32,000 nucleotides of DNA from Candidatus Omnitrophota bacterium (lineage in GTDB: Bacteria > Omnitrophota > Gorgyraeia > 2-01-FULL-45-10), in contig JAMWCX010000001.1 of assembly GCA_023818895.1 (NCBI GenBank), forward strand, positions 299,789-331,788. Direction: 5' to 3'. The translations under genes and the position numbers were made by a program. Positions 28,201-32,000 of this stretch are shown piece after piece. The notes beneath the pieces are model-generated. The model did no database searches. It was not told where the DNA came from and was given only the letters and a program-made list of their open reading frames with translations. How positions within the stretch are numbered: the stretch's first letter is position 1; the number at the start of each line of letters is the position of its first letter.

Positions 28201-31200
28201 ACATCCGCACATCCATGTCTTTTTGGTTGGTCTTTAGCTGCATCGTCAGAGCCATGTTATAAAGGCCGACTAGTTCTTGCTGGATCACCCGTAAGGTATA
28301 ATGGCGTTCATCCTCCGCGCTAAGGCCAGCTCTCGGCTCGGCATTTTTTGCGTCCCACCACCATTCATTATCAAAAAGGAAAGCGGTAGAACGCGCGATC
28401 GGAAGCTTATATGCAGGCTCGTTACCGCCGCGTACATACGCGATACCATTTCTTATGCCTACCTTCAGATCGCCTTTAGCCGCAAAATATTCTCCCAGTT
28501 CATGCAACAGGGCGACTGGATTTTTTTCGATGGATTCGTGCAATGCTATGGCTTCGTGACGAGAAGATGAGACGCCATGTAGGTCATCTATGAGTTCGTC
28601 ATAGATATAGAGGCGCGGAGGAGACTTTTCGAATAGCCTCAGCATCAAAAGCAGGATATCCAGGTGACCGGCGCCAAAATTCGGAACATATTCAACCAAC
28701 GCTCTTACAGTATCGATATTAACGCGGCCCCTATCTTTAAGCGATAGGATATGCTTTTCTCCCTTTGAATCTGTTGCTCGCAGCGTGTATCTTCCGTCTT
28801 CATCCCGCGTTATCTCGCCCTTAGCGCGCTTGCCGATACGGCCGTCAGGCCTTGACGGCTCGAAGACGAACGTAAAGGTGGTGCCTGCGCCCTGTTCGGT
28901 CTCCACCCGCATCCGGCCTTTAGACATCTCCATTATCTTGGCGGCGGCCCAAATACCAAATCCATCGCCCTGCGGCTCATCTTCTCCCAACAATCTCATT
29001 GAATAGCTGTCGTCTTTTGTCGTCAGCCCTTTTTCGGAAAGGACTAGCATTATATATTTCTTATCGAGCGCCTCCACTCTACCGGCATCTATTTCATCCA
29101 TTTTATAATAACCGGCATGAATATTCTTTAGGATCACGTCCCGTAGCTTCTCGAAATCAATGCCGGGGCCGTTATCGCTTATTGACATGGCCGGCCTTCC
29201 ATCGTCGGTCATAAAAGTCCTGAAAGTCACCCTGAAACCTTCCCTGTCTTTATAATGCAGCGCGTTAGCGAGGATAGCCCTTATCAGACGCATTACGTTA
29301 TGATGCGCCTCTTCCGCCGATCCCATGGTATCGGAAAAATTCCTGCCCGCCCAGACAAGAGCCTTCGGCGCGCCCGGCGCGTCCAACTCTTTGTCTGCAT
29401 AAAATCTGACGGCATCGCCATGCTCCAGCTCAATAGTCATCTGTGCCCTGTTCACGAACGTGTTGAGGCTCACCGCCTCCCGCGGAAAGTCCGCAGCGTT
29501 TTTGTAGCCGAAATCGAAAGTGGTCTCAAGGCGATTTTCGCCATCTGTGTCCGGCAGGACGTTTTCCATTGTATCGACATCCCCTCTCGCTTCCGCATCC
29601 CCATCCTGCGTCTCCTGCGTCGGTGGTTCATCCGTCCGCGGAACAAGCCTCTTATACTCTTTCCTCCCTTCCAGCACCTCGTTAATATCACCTGGGATGT
29701 CGTATTCCGGCATACCTTTCTCAATCATATCGGCGAATTCACTGCCTGCGACAATCTTGAAATCGATATCGGAATAGGCCTCATCTATCAGTATCTTAAG
29801 CCTGCCCGGAAGATCGTCCGCATTTTCCGCATATTGTTTACTGATCCACCATTTACGCTTGCCGTTATTATCCGTCCATACCTCCACACGGTCGCAATTA
29901 CGCCACTGGTGTGCCTCCTGTAATCCCATTTCGCCGGTATGGCTTCTCGAAATATAGAACATAAAAACCTTGCCCTGCCATCTGGCGAATATTATCTTCT
30001 CACCGGGTATCGACGTGCCCCGCCATGCAGCCATGGCAAATCCCAGATCATCCAGGATCATCGTATCCGGGTCTGACCAGGCCGGATCGCGCGGATTTTG
30101 TCTCATGGCGTCATCAACGACTATAACTCTTTTTATCAATCGGCCTTTATCCGCCAGAAGAACCTGTTTCGCCTGCGGATTTTCTTTTCGTAACTTTTTA
30201 AGGAGAAAACTCCTGTAGCTCAAGAGCCGCTTATAGAATCCTGTCTCAGGCTCCGGCATATTACGGTTTGCGTATAACTGATACATATCTTCAATGTACT
30301 GGCGCACAAAATGTTCCGGGTCGATACGGTCGGCCGACTGGTATCTGTTATGCGCCTTTACCCGATGGAAGTCCGACAGGGCGTCATAGGTAAGCACCCT
30401 TTCATAATTATCGGCAAGAAAAGCCGCCAACCTCCCATTATCACTTATTATGCGTTCTATCGTATTCAGGTATTCTACTACTATACTGTCAACTATGGTC
30501 GGCTCATAAAATTCATGATTCCGCTCGGCATAATAACCGTGTTTATTCTTTAAGACCTTTATAACTGGAACATCATCGCGAAGCTTTTCTAAAAGCTCTA
30601 TTCGATCGATATCGTACCCTTCAAAAGTACGCGAACCTGCCTCCCAATCAGCTGAGGCATACGTAGTATCTTCTTCGTCCTTTTCCTCGCCGAAAGACGC
30701 GAACCCATATCGGCTTTCCGCCCTCCCGCTTTCATTCGCCAGCATAACCACAAAATTAATCGCGAAATGAAACGCCGCCATTATCGCAAGGTATACTTGC
30801 TGATCCATCATCGCAATCGGCAGAAGAGCCAATGAGGATACGGTAAGCAAAACCGGAGCGCGCATCCATTTTGATTCCTTGTCATAATGCAAAGCGATAA
30901 ATACCAACCCCCAAATAAGGTATGACAATGTTATGCTGCCAAATAGGCCGGCCGTGAAATTAGGCAAAAGCCATCTGAAAATTGGTTCTTCAACAAGCGG
31001 CGCAATGAAAAGAGCCCTGATACGTTTACGCAAACCATGACTCATATTCGGTGTCAACAATTTAAGAAGTCTTGTTACCCCTGGACTGAAGGGCTTCGAA
31101 AATACGCTGTTTTTAGTCAGCAGACTCTTTAGCCAATCTAACCCCGCAACTATCTGCCCCCTTTCCAACATGTTTGTCAGAACGGCGGCATTATTTACAA

Positions 31201-31999
31201 TATGAAGCACATATCTGGCGGTATTCGACCGGTCGCCGTACACAGCCGAAAAAGAATTTATCCGTTCTCGATTGCTCAAGGCATTTCTTATGTCATTGTT
31301 GACTTTTACCGGTCCCTTTAAATATGCGGCAAGAGCAAATTTCAGTCGCTCAGAACGATCAGTTATCTTAGAGCTATAATTTTCAAATAACTTCAGCAGG
31401 TATGCACTGCCTGCCCCTACATTCTTCTCCGGCACAAAACGCTCGTCGAATTCCGCGACCCACTTCTTGTAATCCGCCGGATCATATCTAGAGCTATCAA
31501 GACCGTATTTCTTAACAAAATTCCTAGCGGCAAGCCGAAGGGCTTTCTCACCGTCACGGCCCGGCTTCCATTCGCGCTTTCCCTCCTTTATATTGTTGTA
31601 CCTGACTACCCTGACGGCGTGTTCCAGCTGGGCCTGCCAGCGCCTGTCTACGCTAAGCCCCATCTCTACAGCAGCAGGCCCGAGAAGCTGCATGAGTCCA
31701 ACTGCGCCGACTGAAGATACAGCGAAGGGATTGCCATTCGATTCGCGCCGTATGTGGGCAAGCACAAGAGCTATATCCGATATTTCAGGAGCGAAAGTCT
31801 TTTCATATCTTTCTTTTTGGGGTTCGACCTGTTCTCTTTCGGTCTTTTCAGGCAGGATTTCTGCCGGCCGATTTTGATCCGTAGCATTCTCTTTCTGCTC
31901 TATACCTACAGGTTCTATTTCATCATCAGGCGGGTTTATTATCCTCAGCGACATCTTCGGCAAAGTAAATGACATCATTACCAACCCTATTAGCGCCAT
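25259..31999 (-). CDS. Giant multidomain protein (at least 2246 aa): SLT lytic transglycosylase, CPBP/Abi-like TM domain, HK-type GHKL ATPase and GT9-like glycosyltransferase, plus large unassigned regions
   Basis: It is one uninterrupted ORF of 6741 nt. Recognisable catalytic motifs occur in four separate segments (see the domain features). The ATG at 31999 is the first full codon of the window and is followed by only about 10 hydrophobic residues, so the true 5' end may lie outside the window. Confidence 0.85.
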   Translation of the reverse strand: MALIGLVMMSFTLPKMSLRIINPPDDEIEPVGIEQKENATDQNRPAEILPEKTEREQVEPQKERYEKTFAPEISDIALVLAHIRRESNGNPFAVSSVGAVGLMQLLGPAAVEMGLSVDRRWQAQLEHAVRVVRYNNIKEGKREWKPGRDGEKALRLAARNFVKKYGLDSSRYDPADYKKWVAEFDERFVPEKNVGAGSAYLLKLFENYSSKITDRSERLKFALAAYLKGPVKVNNDIRNALSNRERINSFSAVYGDRSNTARYVLHIVNNAAVLTNMLERGQIVAGLDWLKSLLTKNSVFSKPFSPGVTRLLKLLTPNMSHGLRKRIRALFIAPLVEEPIFRWLLPNFTAGLFGSITLSYLIWGLVFIALHYDKESKWMRAPVLLTVSSLALLPIAMMDQQVYLAIMAAFHFAINFVVMLANESGRAESRYGFASFGEEKDEEDTTYASADWEAGSRTFEGYDIDRIELLEKLRDDVPVIKVLKNKHGYYAERNHEFYEPTIVDSIVVEYLNTIERIISDNGRLAAFLADNYERVLTYDALSDFHRVKAHNRYQSADRIDPEHFVRQYIEDMYQLYANRNMPEPETGFYKRLLSYRSFLLKKLRKENPQAKQVLLADKGRLIKRVIVVDDAMRQNPRDPAWSDPDTMILDDLGFAMAAWRGTSIPGEKIIFARWQGKVFMFYISRSHTGEMGLQEAHQWRNCDRVEVWTDNNGKRKWWISKQYAENADDLPGRLKILIDEAYSDIDFKIVAGSEFADMIEKGMPEYDIPGDINEVLEGRKEYKRLVPRTDEPPTQETQDGDAEARGDVDTMENVLPDTDGENRLETTFDFGYKNAADFPREAVSLNTFVNRAQMTIELEHGDAVRFYADKELDAPGAPKALVWAGRNFSDTMGSAEEAHHNVMRLIRAILANALHYKDREGFRVTFRTFMTDDGRPAMSISDNGPGIDFEKLRDVILKNIHAGYYKMDEIDAGRVEALDKKYIMLVLSEKGLTTKDDSYSMRLLGEDEPQGDGFGIWAAAKIMEMSKGRMRVETEQGAGTTFTFVFEPSRPDGRIGKRAKGEITRDEDGRYTLRATDSKGEKHILSLKDRGRVNIDTVRALVEYVPNFGAGHLDILLLMLRLFEKSPPRLYIYDELIDDLHGVSSSRHEAIALHESIEKNPVALLHELGEYFAAKGDLKVGIRNGIAYVRGGNEPAYKLPIARSTAFLFDNEWWWDAKNAEPRAGLSAEDERHYTLRVIQQELVGLYNMALTMQLKTNQKDMDVRMSMPTQSQATQPDAPINKNSYIFRPLADTKIVDPRHIKNILVFAPEEGLVGPKLGEAIINAWPLMVSLAEQYPQARIYVATDFPDIYFSEHFQGKVTPVPTEYIWRLQAEGDNRWGKYDLAEWENYTVETMKNPLIALEFIKEKKIDLVFDLYQNVTSRRLGSVFDNIKSEMFEGGKLPYLIKLFPVTKLFSGTRKNSLSTATGKMAEPLFTDRDGKTYIVSGTEEAVSDITKNGLVDDASIWRFSILLCHNIGLNVDVSSLGVLEPTLKERNAALTILKRWHDKASDGTTPFDPLKKVFIINVYGVSHPDIISKRAWATIISRLLKETDAYLVFTHGGKMDQDVNMIDAILNMVDNHNPNRILLPRQELYPAITSIISIADWVLTPDTGLSHLASGVYDKPTSILTTHDITHWLPSRKNSAKPIFVDSPQNVMGKANIEYALREGGFGNKDALLAAESLLYVDVIEEVLATAREIDKKPMKPAVLKGRLSALSITGRARLEKEAIEDARKKGLSFPDAERDLRNYVGAYLDALGYGHEILPRIVFVDMASQMAGDSFPHFKVKLHWGEPETMLLVDKSALVLNDDGVWSVREDIKKFEILHEVLGHMFLRARFPEFEEASRSALRSGHESEQLLMTKTEEEILARIMTFLSYEKAKERFPHLKNDLMEKKINELGLNVSVLDVPLFLAVVVKTILATVDDLNIYKYKQVLSNPALAKQITDKVAAKLKVLLRTNASDDTAQVPADSSATTEKDLDAATIDAGLGGEELAQSLIRLLETVRAPAEKRVFFIPSKSDNLAPRHTARADILYALRKEGFSNVKIIFYDGTERGLNEAVVRESGRPNGDLDDPATLALAYVDANMISKDAVIEHNKTHARFKWLSEDMPTGDVPVEEIFMHVMFGLPVLDYVKNSADPDHRARLMDIIEKMVDNGRKDLDLLKADFNNLFVSGIILTLKKITRIDINAEMHRRDRTLKEVLTAA
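26960..28102 (-). other. Domain: GT9 (ADP-heptose:LPS heptosyltransferase-like) GT-B module (aa about 1300-1680)
   Basis: The N-terminal half is IKNILVFAP...LGEAIINAWPLMVSLAEQYPQARIYVAT. The C-terminal half is KKVFIINVYGVSHPDIISKRAW..IISRLL...YLVFTHGG and SIADWVLTPDTGLSHLASGVYDKPTSILTT. These match by eye the GT9 patterns ILI....LGD......P....LK...P.A.I..L, K.WP and D.V...DSGP.HLAAA.G.P...LFG. Confidence 0.6.
28859..29317 (-). other. Domain: histidine-kinase-type GHKL ATPase (HATPase_c, aa about 895-1047)
   Basis: It has an N-box RAILANALHY, G1 ISDNGPGID, G2 GDGFGIWAAAKIME and a closing GAGTTFTFVFEP. I see no recognisable HisKA/H-box dimerisation domain upstream. Confidence 0.75.
30725..31027 (-). 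other. Domain: CPBP (CAAX protease/Abi) type intramembrane metalloprotease-like helices (aa about 325-425)
   Basis: Three ordered signature motifs sit on consecutive hydrophobic helices: EEPIFR (EExxxR, aa 337-342), FIALH (FxxxH, 367-371) and HFAIN (HxxxN, 411-415). Confidence 0.65.
31190..31786 (-). other. Domain: SLT-family lytic transglycosylase (aa about 72-270)
   Basis: Motifs are AHIRRESNGNPFAVSSVGAVGLMQLL (catalytic Glu86, codon GAA 31744..31742), PEKNVGAGSAYLLKLFENY and ALAAYLKGPVKV. These correspond to the ES..NP.A.S..GA.GLMQ, N...G..YL and AAYNAGP motifs of Slt70-type enzymes. Confidence 0.8.
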
Positions 32000-32000
32000 A

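Noticed and set aside
29290-29317. EEAHHNVMRL as a histidine-kinase H-box (HWE/HisKA_2-like)
   Set aside because: It lies only about 10 residues before the N-box, whereas a phospho-acceptor His sits on a DHp hairpin roughly 60-100 residues upstream. It is more likely the first helix of the ATPase fold.
29255-29923. 222-aa plus-strand ORF, plus many others of 60-200 aa (for example 21443..22066, 18096..18653, 13762..14298, 1020..1505), antisense to well-supported genes
   Set aside because: All lie entirely inside minus-strand genes with clear family motifs. They have low-complexity or Arg/Leu/Ser-biased translations and no ribosome-binding sites, so they are shadow ORFs.

Overview
All 31 protein-coding genes I can support in this 32 kb window lie on the minus strand. 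They are tightly packed, with many 1-4 nt ATGA/GTGA/TAATG junctions. I found no rRNA, tRNA, CRISPR array, transposase or integrase.

Most of the window is conserved housekeeping. In transcription order (high to low coordinates):
- rplU-rpmA-obg-proB-proA-nadD
- a 47-aa zinc-ribbon mini-gene that is missing from the ORF track
- rsfS-argS-mfd
- two parvulin PPIases, then pdxA-rsmA
- gatC-gatA-gatB-ctpA, a YibQ-like deacetylase, tsaD
- mgtC
- a compact six-gene unit: bactofilin-HTH fusion, tail-anchored HTH protein, larB, larC, TPR/PDZ protein, HAMP-only protein
- the 5' end of another HTH gene

The standout is the ORF at 25259..31999. It is at least 2246 aa and runs into the window edge. In one polypeptide I can read four modules:
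- a lytic transglycosylase (SLT) motif set
- the three CPBP/Abi intramembrane-protease motifs
- a histidine-kinase-type GHKL ATPase with no phospho-acceptor domain
- a GT9 (heptosyltransferase-like) two-Rossmann module

These are separated by more than 1200 aa in which I recognise nothing. I do not know this combination as a described architecture.

Secondary oddities:
- a 638-aa minimal Mfd lacking D1a, D1b/D3 and D7
- a bactofilin fused to an excisionase-type HTH
- an L27 whose N-terminal tail is about 6 residues short
- a long-range GATTACACAG inverted repeat with a U-tract

The envelope genes (SurA-like chaperone, CtpA, SLT, GT9) suggest a diderm bacterium. Placement in an uncultivated lineage known for very large genes, such as Omnitrophota, is only a guess. 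All domain calls come from motifs read by eye, not from searches.
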